Below, piece after piece: positions 19,462-28,911 of a stretch of 64,000 bases of DNA. The position numbers and the translations under genes were made by a program. The stretch spans positions 1,696,001 through 1,760,000 of the forward strand of contig CAVOJR010000001.1 in the NCBI GenBank assembly GCA_963696295.1, written 5' to 3'. Under the pieces are notes generated by a model, which saw nothing but the letters and a program-made list of their open reading frames with translations, made no database searches and was not told the DNA's origin. The DNA comes from an uncultured Chlamydiae bacterium (lineage in GTDB: Bacteria; Chlamydiota; Chlamydiia; Chlamydiales; JAJFMB01). Each line of letters starts with the position of its first letter. Position 1 is the first letter of the stretch.

Positions 19462-22400
19462 TTAATTATAGTTTGATTTGGATAATTTATCCAGATAAAC
19501 GTAGATCACCGGGGTGAGCAGGAGGGTGACCGCCTGGGAGAAGAGCATGCCGCCGATGATCACCATGCCTAAGGGGCGCAGCGAATCGGCGCCGGCCCCG
19601 AGGCCAAAGGCGATCGGGATGGCGCCGAAGATGGCAGCCATGGTGGTCATCATAATGGGTCTGAAGCGGGCGAGGCAGGCGTTGGTAATGGCCTTCTCAG
19701 GGCTATTGGCCACTTTCATAAATTCATCAGAGATTGGGCCGGTTGCGGCTTTGCCGGCCGAATCCAGTGATGAATTTATGAAAATGGCCGAGCTCTCTTT
19801 GCTTTCCAGGGCGAAATCCACCAGCATAATTCCGTTTTTTTTCACAATGCCGATCAGAAGGATCAGACCTAAAAAAGCGTAGAGCGAAAAGGGGTGGCCG
19901 GTCAGATAGAGCGTCAGCAGTCCCCCCAAGATGGCCGGCGGCAGGGTGGAGAGGATGGTCAGGGGGTGGATAAAGCTTTCATAAAGAATGCCCAGCACCA
20001 GATAGATCGCCAGGATGGAGAGGATGAGGAGGAATCCGGTGCTCCTGATCGTTTCCTGAAAGGTTTTGGCTGCCCCGAGAAACTGTCCTTTCACATGGGG
20101 CGAGAGATGCTCTTGCGCGAGATTTTCCAGTGTGCTCATCGCCTCGCTTAAGGGAATGCCGGGCGCTACATTGAAGTTTATGGTCACGGAGGGGAGCTGG
20201 GCAATGTGGTTGACGCTGGAGGGACCTAAGTTTTCTGCCCATTTAGCGACGGCGTGCAAAGGGGTGAGTTTGTCGGTGTGGCCCGCGCGCAGGAAGATGG
20301 AGTTGAGCGATTCCGGTTTTCCCTGGTATTTGCGCTGCAGTTCCAGGATGACATCGTATTGGTCGATCGGCGTTTCGATGCGCGAGACGCGGTTTCCCGA
20401 ATAGGCGAGCAGCAGGGATTGCTCGATGCTTTCGGCCGTGATGCCAAGCGCTGCGGCCTGATCGCGGAGGATCTGAATATTCAATTGGGGCATTTTCATC
20501 TCTAAATCGCTCGTAACACCCTGGAAAACAGGCAGCGGCTGGATAATCGAGAGCAATTTTTCGGCGGAGGCGTAGAGTTCGGCGGTGTCCAGGCTTTGCA
20601 GGGTATATTGAAAGGCCCCTTTAGTCTGTGTGCCAACGGATAAATCGATGAGGGGGATATTTTTGAAAAAGGTATTGACGCCAGGGATATCGGCCATTTT
20701 CTGGTAGAGCTTTTGGATCAGCTCTTGGCTCGATATCCTTTCTTTCTTAGGTTTTAAGCGGATAAAATTCACTCCCTCCCTCGTTTGGGGGTAGGCGGCG
20801 ATAGAGACGAAGCTTTTGATATTGGGATCTTTTTGCAGCACCTGTATCACTTCATCCTGATAATGGGCCATCAAATCGGACGAAGTGCCTTGCGCCGCCT
20901 GGTTGTAGGCGATAATAAAACCTCCATCTTCATCGGGAATAAAATCTTTAGGCAGGATTTTAAAGAAAAAGAGGCTTAAGAGAATGCTCAATAATCCGAA
21001 AGCAAGGGTCGTTTTGCGATATTTTAAAACTGCTTCCAGGCAAGGTTTATATAAGGCGATCAGGCCGCCCGATTCATTTGCAGGTTTGCGCGGCCGCAGG
21101 AATCTTGAGCAGAGCATCGGCGTGAGCGTCAGAGAGAGGAAGCCCGATATCAAAGTGAGGATCGCGAGGGTGACGGCGAACTCCTGAAATATTTTTCCAA
21201 GCAGCCCCTGCATAAATAGAAGGGGAATAAAAACGGCGGCCAGGGAAAGGGTCATCGAGAGGATGGTGAAACAGATCTGCCTGGAGCCGTTCAGGGAGGC
21301 GTTCCAGGGGGTTTCTCCCTGTTCTACCCTTTTGACGATATTCTCCAGGACGACGATCGCATCGTCGACGATAAAGCCGATGGCCAGGGTCAGAGCTAAA
21401 AGCGACAGACTGTCCAGACTATAGTTTAACAGGTACATGGCGATAAAGGTCCCTACAATGGAGAGGGGCAGTACGAGGGCCGGGATGATCGTATCGCGCA
21501 CGTTGCCAAGATAGAAGAAAATCACCAGGACCACCAAAAGCAGAGCTAAACCCAAAGTCAGCTGCACGTCGAAGACCGATTCCTCAATCGAAAAGGATTG
21601 GTCGAATAGGCTTTCCACTCTGATGGCAGCGGGCAGCGGAGCGGTCAATTCCGGCAGGATTTTTTTGATCGCCCGGGCTACGGCTACGGTGTTGGCGTTA
21701 GGCTGCCTTTGAATGGCGAGCACGACGGCCGGTTCCTTTCTTTCCGCATTGACATACTTTAACGACATCCGGTCGTCTTTGAGGCCGTCGATGGCTTGGC
21801 CAACGTCGCGGATGCGCACCGGAGCTCCCTCTTTGTAGGCGATGATGAGAGGCTGAAACATTTCGGCGTTCGTGAGGCGCCCTTTGGTGGCGAGCGTGGC
21901 CGAGCGGTTTACCCCGTCAAGGCGGCCTGTGGGGAGGTTCGGGTTTCCCTCTTGCAGTGCTGAGGCGATCTCCTGCAAGGTGATGCCGAGAACGGCCAGG
22001 CGGTTTGGATCGACTTGGACGCGCATCGCATAAGGGGAGCCATAGGTGATCACCTTCGCCACCCCTTCCACCATCGAGAGGCGCTGACCGATATAGGTGT
22101 TGGCGTAGGTGTAAAGCTCTGACAGCGGGAGCGTGTCCGATGAGAGGGCTAAATACATGATGGGCGCCATGCCCGGGTTTACTTTTCTGAAAGTGGGGGT
22201 GTTGGGGAGGTCGGGAGGCAGGTTGGAAAGGGCCCGGCTGATGGCCGCTTCGACGTCCAAAGCAGCCGAATCGATATCTTTATCGACCGAGAAGTGCAAA
22301 ACGATGCTGGTTTGCCCTAAGGTATTGCTCGAGGCGATATTGGTGATGCCGGAAATAGTCATGAACTCTTTTTCCAGCGGCGTGGCGACAGAGTTGGCCA

Positions 22401-22575
22401 TCGTTTCGGGGCTGGCTCCCGGAAAGGCCGCTTTGACGCTGATGACGGGAAAATTGATGTCGGGCAGGTTGCTGACAGGCAGCTGAAAATAGCAAAGCCC
22501 CCCTAAAAAAAGGATGGCGAGCATCAAGAGGGTCGTCATCACCGGGCGTTGGATAAAGGGAGCGGACAGATTCAT
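19462..22575 (-). CDS. RND efflux permease (MdtB/MdtC-like, AcrB family) with a palindromic in-frame insert
   Basis: FIQRPVMTTLL, GFIVDDAIVVLENI, GIVKKNGIMLVDFA and RFRPIMMTT motifs. Confidence 0.95.
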   Translation of the reverse strand: MNLSAPFIQRPVMTTLLMLAILFLGGLCYFQLPVSNLPDINFPVISVKAAFPGASPETMANSVATPLEKEFMTISGITNIASSNTLGQTSIVLHFSVDKDIDSAALDVEAAISRALSNLPPDLPNTPTFRKVNPGMAPIMYLALSSDTLPLSELYTYANTYIGQRLSMVEGVAKVITYGSPYAMRVQVDPNRLAVLGITLQEIASALQEGNPNLPTGRLDGVNRSATLATKGRLTNAEMFQPLIIAYKEGAPVRIRDVGQAIDGLKDDRMSLKYVNAERKEPAVVLAIQRQPNANTVAVARAIKKILPELTAPLPAAIRVESLFDQSFSIEESVFDVQLTLGLALLLVVLVIFFYLGNVRDTIIPALVLPLSIVGTFIAMYLLNYSLDSLSLLALTLAIGFIVDDAIVVLENIVKRVEQGETPWNASLNGSRQICFTILSMTLSLAAVFIPLLFMQGLLGKIFQEFAVTLAILTLISGFLSLTLTPMLCSRFLRPRKPANESGGLIALYKPCLEAVLKYRKTTLAFGLLSILLSLFFFKILPKDFIPDEDGGFIIAYNQAAQGTSSDLMAHYQDEVIQVLQKDPNIKSFVSIAAYPQTREGVNFIRLKPKKERISSQELIQKLYQKMADIPGVNTFFKNIPLIDLSVGTQTKGAFQYTLQSLDTAELYASAEKLLSIIQPLPVFQGVTSDLEMKMPQLNIQILRDQAAALGITAESIEQSLLLAYSGNRVSRIETPIDQYDVILELQRKYQGKPESLNSIFLRAGHTDKLTPLHAVAKWAENLGPSSVNHIAQLPSVTINFNVAPGIPLSEAMSTLENLAQEHLSPHVKGQFLGAAKTFQETIRSTGFLLILSILAIYLVLGILYESFIHPLTILSTLPPAILGGLLTLYLTGHPFSLYAFLGLILLIGIVKKNGIMLVDFALESKESSAIFINSSLDSAGKAATGPISDEFMKVANSPEKAITNACLARFRPIMMTTMAAIFGAIPIAFGLGAGADSLRPLGMVIIGGMLFSQAVTLLLTPVIYVYLDKLSKSNYN
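19703..19789. repeat. Palindromic element inserted in frame in the RND permease
   Basis: 22-bp arms GGCCACTTTCATAAATTCATCA (19708-19729)/TGATGAATTTATGAAAATGGCC (19768-19789) with 1 mismatch; inner GATTGGGCCGG/CCGGCCGAATC. Confidence 0.92.
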
Positions 22576-23678
22576 GATTTGATCAATACCTTTTTGCCCG
22601 GTTTTAAGTTCAGGTGGCCGCTAACAACCACCTGCTCTCCCTCTTCAAGCCCTTTTTCGACGACATAAGCTGCGCCCACTCTTTCGCCTAAAATTACCGG
22701 TCTTTGAGCGGCAGTCATTTCATTGTCGACCACATAGAGAAAGGGGCCCGCTTGCCCCTGCTGGACGCTGGATTCGGGAACGAGCAATGCGTTTTCCAGC
22801 TCCTTTATGCACATCCGGATACGCACAAATTCTCCCGGCCAGAGCAGATGCTCCTGATTATCCACGATCCCTTTCAGGAGAATGGTGCCGGTGCGTTGAT
22901 CGATATGATTGTCGACAAAGGAGAGATGGCCGATATAGTTGTCATCCTGAAAGGCATCCCCTTTTTCATGCGGCAGGATCACCTCCATTTTCAAGTCAGT
23001 GGCGCATTTGATCCGCTGCATATTTTGCAGATCTTTTTGGGGAATGGTAAAAGCGACGCAAAGGGGGGACATCTGGCGAAGAATTGTCAGCGGTACCGGG
23101 TGATTGGCCATCACCAGGTTGCCTGGATCGACGGGGATATTGCTGATGCGCCCGTCCATGGGGGCAAATATGAGGCAGTGTTCCAGATCGATTTTTGCGA
23201 GCGAGAGTTCCGCCTGACAGTTTAATACTTCGGCTTTGGCTGTTTCCATCTCTTTTTGGTACTCGTCAAAGGAGAGCTTTGAGACAAACTCTTTTTTCAC
23301 GAGATCGGTAAACCGTTCGACCCTTTTCTTGGCGAATTCATAAGCGGCTCTATCTTTGATCAAGTGGGCTAGCGCCTTGTCATAGGCGGCCTTATACGAT
23401 TTCTGATCGATGGTGAAAAGCAGGTCCCCTTTTTTTACCATCTGCCCCGGTTCGACATGGCTTGCCAGCAGCGTGCCGCTGACTTGGGGCCGGATTTCCA
23501 CAAAGGTGGGCGCGTCGACATTCCCTATCGTTTCAAGATAGACCGGCACCCTTTGCCGTTTGACCGTTTCCACCGCAACAGCAGCGGGGCGGTCGATCGC
23601 TTTAGGACGCTCCTCTTTGGAGCAGCCGCTCAAAAGGAGGATCCATAGGAGGTTATAACGTACCAGTCGCATAGGCAA
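22572..23678 (-). CDS. RND periplasmic adaptor (membrane fusion protein), lipoprotein
   Basis: LLLSGC lipobox; VEIRPQVSG, VKKGDLLFTID, IFAPMDGRI and LWPGEFV motifs. Confidence 0.95.
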   Translation of the reverse strand: MPMRLVRYNLLWILLLSGCSKEERPKAIDRPAAVAVETVKRQRVPVYLETIGNVDAPTFVEIRPQVSGTLLASHVEPGQMVKKGDLLFTIDQKSYKAAYDKALAHLIKDRAAYEFAKKRVERFTDLVKKEFVSKLSFDEYQKEMETAKAEVLNCQAELSLAKIDLEHCLIFAPMDGRISNIPVDPGNLVMANHPVPLTILRQMSPLCVAFTIPQKDLQNMQRIKCATDLKMEVILPHEKGDAFQDDNYIGHLSFVDNHIDQRTGTILLKGIVDNQEHLLWPGEFVRIRMCIKELENALLVPESSVQQGQAGPFLYVVDNEMTAAQRPVILGERVGAAYVVEKGLEEGEQVVVSGHLNLKPGKKVLIKS

Positions 23679-25137
23679 TTCCAGCTATTGAAGTGACCCA
23701 TTCCGTCCGGGCTTGAATTTTATGGGCCCGGGCGCGGCTTAAGGCTTTTTGCGCGGAGAGCAGATCTAAAATAGAACTGGTCCCCTCTTTATAGCCGCCC
23801 AGAGCCGACTCATAGGTCTCTTCGGTAAATTTTAAAAATTCTTCGCTGTATTTGTAGGTTTTTACAGCTGTTTTGAAAGAGTAGTAGCTTTTCCATACTT
23901 CCAAAAGAACATCCGATTCTTTTGACTGCAAATTGGCAAAAGCCTGTAAGACTTTCGCTTTGGCCGCCCTTTTGCGGTTGGCATAATAGTAGCCTTGAAA
24001 AAGGGGTATTTCGACCGAAAGAGCGCCGCTATAAACAGTCCCGCTGGAGATTCCCCTCGTCAGGCCGTCGACCCTTTCAATATCGGCGTTAGCCGTGACG
24101 AAAGGCAGGCCGTCGGCTTCGGCAAAGGCCAGATCGGCTCGCTTTTTGTTGTATTCCGCCAGAAGGGCTGCCAAATCGGGGCGGCGCTGTTTGGCCATCT
24201 CCATCAAGTTTTCGACACAATCCACCTGGTCGGATGGCATCTTGTCAGGCAGGCTGGCGACGCTCAAAGGGGTGTTGGCAGGGAGTCCCAGAGCGTTGGC
24301 CAAATTTCCAAGTTCGATATTCACATAACCGAGCGTTTCTTCCATAATCAATTGGATATTAACCAGAAGAGATTGCGCCTGGAGCACATCCAGATGGGTT
24401 CTGACCCCCGCGTCAAAGAGCTCCTTGGCCGCTTTCAGATTCATTTCAGCGTCTTCCAGATCATCTTTTTGCGCCTCCAGATGCGCTTTGACATTCAGAT
24501 AAGCGTAGTAGGCGTTCAGCACATGGATCATCACATGCTGGATATGGCGGTTGTGGTTCCAATTGGCTATTTGCAGCGCCTGCCTCGCCGATTCGATCGA
24601 GGCGCATCGCGCTCCAAAGTCAAAGAGGAGGTAGCTTGCCGACAGATCGCTGACAATGAGCTGGCTGAAGTCGGCATTCCCTCCGATAAATTCCCCGATG
24701 GCAATTCCGGTGGAAGGATCGATCAGTTCATTTTGATCTTCGGGAGCCGGATCTGCGACAACCACGAGACCGCTATCGATGTTTTTATTGTTGCCGCTGA
24801 AGTTTTGATAAGTTATCGCGTACCCTGCTTCGGCTTCGATGTGAGGATAGAGGGTGCTTTTGGCGGCCTGAAGCTGGTAGGCGGCGGCTTTGGCCGCTTC
24901 CCAGGTCGCGCGGGTCTCAGGATTATTCCTAAGGGCGATATCGATCAGTTCCATGGCTGAAAGCTGTTCCTTACTGGGGAGACTGGGGCAGAGTCCTTCG
25001 ATCAAAGGCTTGCAGGGTGGCTGCCAGCAACAACTGGGAGCTTTGGCAATCGGTTCGATATATTTTGGGTTTGCGGTACAGCAGCCTGAACAGACAGACA
25101 AGATGAGCAAGCGGATTAAGCGATGCTCCCGATTCAC
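23653..25137 (-). CDS. TolC family outer membrane efflux protein
   Basis: LIDIALRNNP, YLLFDFG, RRPDL and ILDLLSAQ motifs; first gene of the OMF-MFP-RND operon. Confidence 0.9.
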   Translation of the reverse strand: MNREHRLIRLLILSVCSGCCTANPKYIEPIAKAPSCCWQPPCKPLIEGLCPSLPSKEQLSAMELIDIALRNNPETRATWEAAKAAAYQLQAAKSTLYPHIEAEAGYAITYQNFSGNNKNIDSGLVVVADPAPEDQNELIDPSTGIAIGEFIGGNADFSQLIVSDLSASYLLFDFGARCASIESARQALQIANWNHNRHIQHVMIHVLNAYYAYLNVKAHLEAQKDDLEDAEMNLKAAKELFDAGVRTHLDVLQAQSLLVNIQLIMEETLGYVNIELGNLANALGLPANTPLSVASLPDKMPSDQVDCVENLMEMAKQRRPDLAALLAEYNKKRADLAFAEADGLPFVTANADIERVDGLTRGISSGTVYSGALSVEIPLFQGYYYANRKRAAKAKVLQAFANLQSKESDVLLEVWKSYYSFKTAVKTYKYSEEFLKFTEETYESALGGYKEGTSSILDLLSAQKALSRARAHKIQARTEWVTSIAGIAYATGTL

Positions 25138-25170
25138 CCCATTTTCCTTGGTAGTTTTTTTCCCTTTCTA

Positions 25171-26013
25171 TCATTTTCTGCTATTATTAAAAATAATGTT
25201 TTTCATTTCAGGGTTAAAATATAAAACGGCGGTTGAAACCGAGGAAGGGTTATGCAGCAGCAAGTCGCATTTTGCCAGAAGCATGGCTTCAACGATAACA
25301 TCTTCCCCAAGCTGGGCTTTGCTAGGCGCCTCCTCATCAGAATGATTTCCGTTGTGAAGCCCTTTCCCATTTAAGGATCTGAAACAGGGATAATAATAAA
25401 CAGGATAGGGTTGGAGAAGCTGAATCATAGTATCAAGCAAAATCTGCTCGTCCGAGGCAATAAAAAATTGTGTTTCTTTGCCAGCGTACTGTAAAGCTGT
25501 TTCAGCGATTTCTTCCAATTTAGGCGGGTTTTTTTTTTGGTACCGGTCTGTGCCGCGAAGATGGATGCCGATAATTTTCTTCCCGATCAAATTTTCAGTA
25601 TAAAAATCATCAATTTTTTTCTGGACGGCCGGCTTTATTCTTATATAAGTGGAGATGACTTGATGTGCTTTGTCTCTTGTTTCTTGATCGAACCGTGTAA
25701 AATAGAAACACCCGCTTTTCACATATCTATGTATGGGACTATCAGGATCATAGTCATAGGCGGAAACTGGTTCAAAATAATATTCCCACACATTGGTGCT
25801 TCCATTAAAGCCCTCTTCCTGATAATAGAGTGAGTTTTGATGCCAATAGACCACCGGAATTTTATTCTGTTTTTCACTTTCCAGCAGGGCATTCAACACC
25901 CCAAAAAAACAGGAAAACAGCCCCTCTCTTGGCAAGTGGCCAATATTAAAAATATCTGCAGCATTAAGCCGGCTGAATAATAAGAAAAAACAGATAATTA
26001 TACGGGTTTTCAT
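25171..26013 (-). CDS. NodZ-like fucosyltransferase (GT23-like) with signal peptide
   Basis: GLFSCF, NVWEYYFEP, IGIHLRGTD, FFIASD and EAMLLAKCD..L...SSVS motifs. Confidence 0.8.
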   Translation of the reverse strand: MKTRIIICFFLLFSRLNAADIFNIGHLPREGLFSCFFGVLNALLESEKQNKIPVVYWHQNSLYYQEEGFNGSTNVWEYYFEPVSAYDYDPDSPIHRYVKSGCFYFTRFDQETRDKAHQVISTYIRIKPAVQKKIDDFYTENLIGKKIIGIHLRGTDRYQKKNPPKLEEIAETALQYAGKETQFFIASDEQILLDTMIQLLQPYPVYYYPCFRSLNGKGLHNGNHSDEEAPSKAQLGEDVIVEAMLLAKCDLLLHNPSSVSTAVLYFNPEMKNIIFNNSRK

Positions 26014-26068
26014 TTTCCCCTCCTTTACTCCGCTTTATTCTTGACCAAAATTTACCCAATCACTAATC

Positions 26069-27109
26069 ATGTTGTCGATGAAAAAAATTCTATTTTTATT
26101 ATTACTCCTAAATCAGGTTCATGGGGAATGGGAAAAGACCCATTTTCTTTGGCATTTTGCTATTGCCGGTTCCTGCGATGTCATGCCCGAGAGGAATCCC
26201 TTTGATTATTTCAATTACCAGAGCATCATCCTTGTCAGAAGGAAGCCGGTTTTCCTTCCCGAACGCTATTTTGGGATCAAGAAAGGAGATACGGTGTGGT
26301 TGCAGAGCCGTTTTTTGGCCCAATTTTGCAGCCAGGTTCTTCCTAAGATCGCTGATCCCTTTGTGCTTGTCATGAGCGACGGAGATGAAAACTTTCCTTC
26401 GGATATCCACCTGTCGGAAGCTGAACTGGAACAGCTTTTAGATGATGACAGAATCATCGCGGTATTTTCCCAGAATTGCGACTATCAGGGAACGAGCCCT
26501 AAAGTTTATCAGATGCCGATAGGCATCGATTTTCACACGATTGCTTATATAGGAACGGGGCGATGGGGCGTCAAAAAGAGCTCCCCTGGCGAGCAGGAGA
26601 GATTTTTAAAACATCTGATACGAAAATTGCCGCCTACCCCCGCGCGTAAAAAAAGAGCTTTTGTAGACTTTCAGCATCGCGATACCATGAATAACCGCTA
26701 CAAAGAGGGTAAGTATCCCGAAAACAGGCAGCAAATATTTCAGCAGCTGCTAAGAGGCGGGTTGATCGATTATTCCCCTAAGCAGATGAACAGAAATGAG
26801 CTTTGGAAAACTAAAGGACAATACGCCTTCTCAATAAGCCCTCATGGGGGAGGCCTCGATTGCCATCGAACCTGGGAAGATTTGGCTCTGGGATGCATCG
26901 TCATTGTCAAAACCTCTCCATTAGATCCCATGTATGAAGGGCTTCCCGTAGTGATTGTCGATGACTGGGCTGAAGTGACTGCCGCTAACATGGATATTTG
27001 GCTGGAACAATTTGGGGATGCGCTGAGTAATCCCTCATATCGCGAGAGAATCACAACCGCCTATTGGTGGAGTAAAATCCAGGCCGTCGCAGAGCCTTAT
27101 AAAGGATGA
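26069..27109 (+). CDS. Exostosin/GT47-like glycosyltransferase-related protein with signal peptide
   Basis: ISPHGGGLDCHRTWEDLALGCIVIV...LPVVIVDDW, shared with 8854..10038. Confidence 0.7.
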   Translation: MLSMKKILFLLLLLNQVHGEWEKTHFLWHFAIAGSCDVMPERNPFDYFNYQSIILVRRKPVFLPERYFGIKKGDTVWLQSRFLAQFCSQVLPKIADPFVLVMSDGDENFPSDIHLSEAELEQLLDDDRIIAVFSQNCDYQGTSPKVYQMPIGIDFHTIAYIGTGRWGVKKSSPGEQERFLKHLIRKLPPTPARKKRAFVDFQHRDTMNNRYKEGKYPENRQQIFQQLLRGGLIDYSPKQMNRNELWKTKGQYAFSISPHGGGLDCHRTWEDLALGCIVIVKTSPLDPMYEGLPVVIVDDWAEVTAANMDIWLEQFGDALSNPSYRERITTAYWWSKIQAVAEPYKG

Positions 27110-28113
27110 AGATGAAAAACATACTCCTCATATTGAGTTTATGCTTGTGCTTTCTGAGTGAGGCTTTTGCTGAAAGAGGGATTGTGGTTGCTGTCAATGA
27201 CTTTTATGCAAAAAAGTATTTTATTGCCAGCCTTGAGCATTTGAGAAATCATATTAAATGCGATTTGCCGATAGAAATTTGGCATTCAGGCGATGAATTA
27301 TCTGAAGAAATAAAGCAAATATTGAAGGAATATCCCAATGTGTCATTTTGCGATATAGCCATCGAACTTAAGGTTGACAAACACCTTTATAGAGGCTGGC
27401 ATATTAAGCCTTGGATTATCTGGCTGTCGCGATTTGAAGAAGTTCTCTTGATGGATGCCGATGTTTTTTTTCTTGAAAATCCTGAGAGTTTATTTCATCA
27501 CCCGGGATATATCGGTACGGGCGCTTATTTCTTTTGCGATTATAAAATATTGATGCCCACTGCCAATTACCCCGTGGATAAGTATCTAGACCGAAGAAAG
27601 TTTATTTCCTCCCTTATTCCAAATCCAAGCAACTGTGTTCCAAATGACATGAAAGAGATGTGGTCTGATGAAATTCCGACTCTCAAAAACCCTTTTGTGG
27701 CAGATCTGGGGGAGTCGGGTTGTATCGCCATCAATAAGAATATCCATGAGTTAAGTCTTAAAGAAACGATTCAACTGAATGAAAACCGCCAAGTTACCTA
27801 TAAGTATGTGCATGGAGATAAAGAGACCTTTTGGATGGGGTGTGAAATAGCCGGCTTGCCCTATCATATGAATGATCAGAGAGCGTATGAACTTATTTCT
27901 GGAATTTTCAAACTGCATATCACTCAATTTGTCGGAAATAAACTCTTCTATATTCAGAAACAACCCTATCGATTATTCCTTAGTTTTTCCAGAATTATCA
28001 ATAATGAAGGGTGTAACAGACTTGTAACCGCTGAGGAAATTACTAAGATTAAACAATGTTTAGAATCTATACAGAAAGTGAAAAATTCAGCCCTTAAAGG
28101 AAACAATCGCTAA
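27106..28113 (+). CDS. GT71 (MNN1/MNN2-like) alpha-mannosyltransferase-like protein with signal peptide
   Basis: RGIVV, LPIEIW, K.....SRFEEVLLMDAD (DxD), ESG.I.INK and GDKETFW motifs. Confidence 0.8.
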   Translation: MKMKNILLILSLCLCFLSEAFAERGIVVAVNDFYAKKYFIASLEHLRNHIKCDLPIEIWHSGDELSEEIKQILKEYPNVSFCDIAIELKVDKHLYRGWHIKPWIIWLSRFEEVLLMDADVFFLENPESLFHHPGYIGTGAYFFCDYKILMPTANYPVDKYLDRRKFISSLIPNPSNCVPNDMKEMWSDEIPTLKNPFVADLGESGCIAINKNIHELSLKETIQLNENRQVTYKYVHGDKETFWMGCEIAGLPYHMNDQRAYELISGIFKLHITQFVGNKLFYIQKQPYRLFLSFSRIINNEGCNRLVTAEEITKIKQCLESIQKVKNSALKGNNR

Positions 28114-28495
28114 TTGATCTGCTGAGGAAACAAAGCGTCCTTAAAGGAAACTAAGCTGAGTATCTGGCAGAGGAATTTCGTGAGCGTGAAAAAAGGAAAC
28201 AATCGCTAATTGATCTGCTGAGGAAACAAAGCGTCCTTAAAGGAAACTAAGCTGAGTATCTGGCAGAGGAATTTCGTGAGCGTGAAAAAAGGGGACAATC
28301 GCTAATTGATCTGCTGAGGAAACAAAGCGTCCTTAAAGGAAACTAAGCTGAGTATCTGGCAGAGGAATTTCGTGAGCGTGAAAAAAGGAAACAATCGCTA
28401 ATTGATCTGCTGAGGAAACAAAGCGTCCTTAAAGGAAACTAAGCTGAGTATCTGGCAGAGGAATTTCGTGAGCGTGAAAAAAGGAGACAATCGCT
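28096..28495. repeat. Tandem array of 96-bp units (4 full plus a partial unit) overlapping both flanking stop codons
   Basis: AATCGC recurs at 28105, 28201, 28297, 28393 and 28489. Units differ only at GG[AA/GG/AG]AC. Confidence 0.97.
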
Positions 28496-28911
28496 TTTTG
28501 GGATAATTGATCTGCCATCTCATTTTCCCGGTGGCCGGAATGCCCTTTTATCCAGGCCCACTCCACCTGATGCCGGCTGACCAATTGGTCCAGCCCCTTC
28601 CAGAGATCGATATTTTTGACCAAAGACTTATCCTTGGTTCTCCATTTATTTCGTTTCCACCCCTCTAGCCATTGCGTTATCCCGTCTTTGAGGTAGGTGG
28701 AATCGGTCGTGATGCGTACTTTACAGGGGTGTTTGAGGATTTTGAGGCCTTCGATCGCCGCCGTCATTTCCATCCGGTTATTCGTCGTGTAGGCTTCATG
28801 GCCGGAAAGGGTTTTTTCCCGGTTGCCGGAGCGGAGCACAACCCCCCAGCCTCCCGGTCCCGGATTTCCCCAGCACCCTCCATCTGTAAACATTTCGACG
28901 AGAGTATTCAT
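28429..28911 (-). CDS. rnhA: Ribonuclease HI
   Basis: TDGGCWGNPGPGGWG, TTNNRME, TDSTY, KNIDLW and WIKGHSGHRENEMAD motifs. Confidence 0.95.
   Translation of the reverse strand: MNTLVEMFTDGGCWGNPGPGGWGVVLRSGNREKTLSGHEAYTTNNRMEMTAAIEGLKILKHPCKVRITTDSTYLKDGITQWLEGWKRNKWRTKDKSLVKNIDLWKGLDQLVSRHQVEWAWIKGHSGHRENEMADQLSQKAIVSFFHAHEIPLPDTQLSFL

Noticed and set aside
24670..24800. Extra loop in TolC as another palindromic insert
   Set aside because: No convincing inverted repeat was found; it is probably an ordinary variable extracellular loop.
23995..24960. 321-aa plus-strand ORF
   Set aside because: It lies entirely antisense to the TolC gene with no recognisable motifs; a shadow ORF.
28096..28495. 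CRISPR array
   Set aside because: Units are contiguous and near-identical with no unique spacers, and there are no cas genes in the window.
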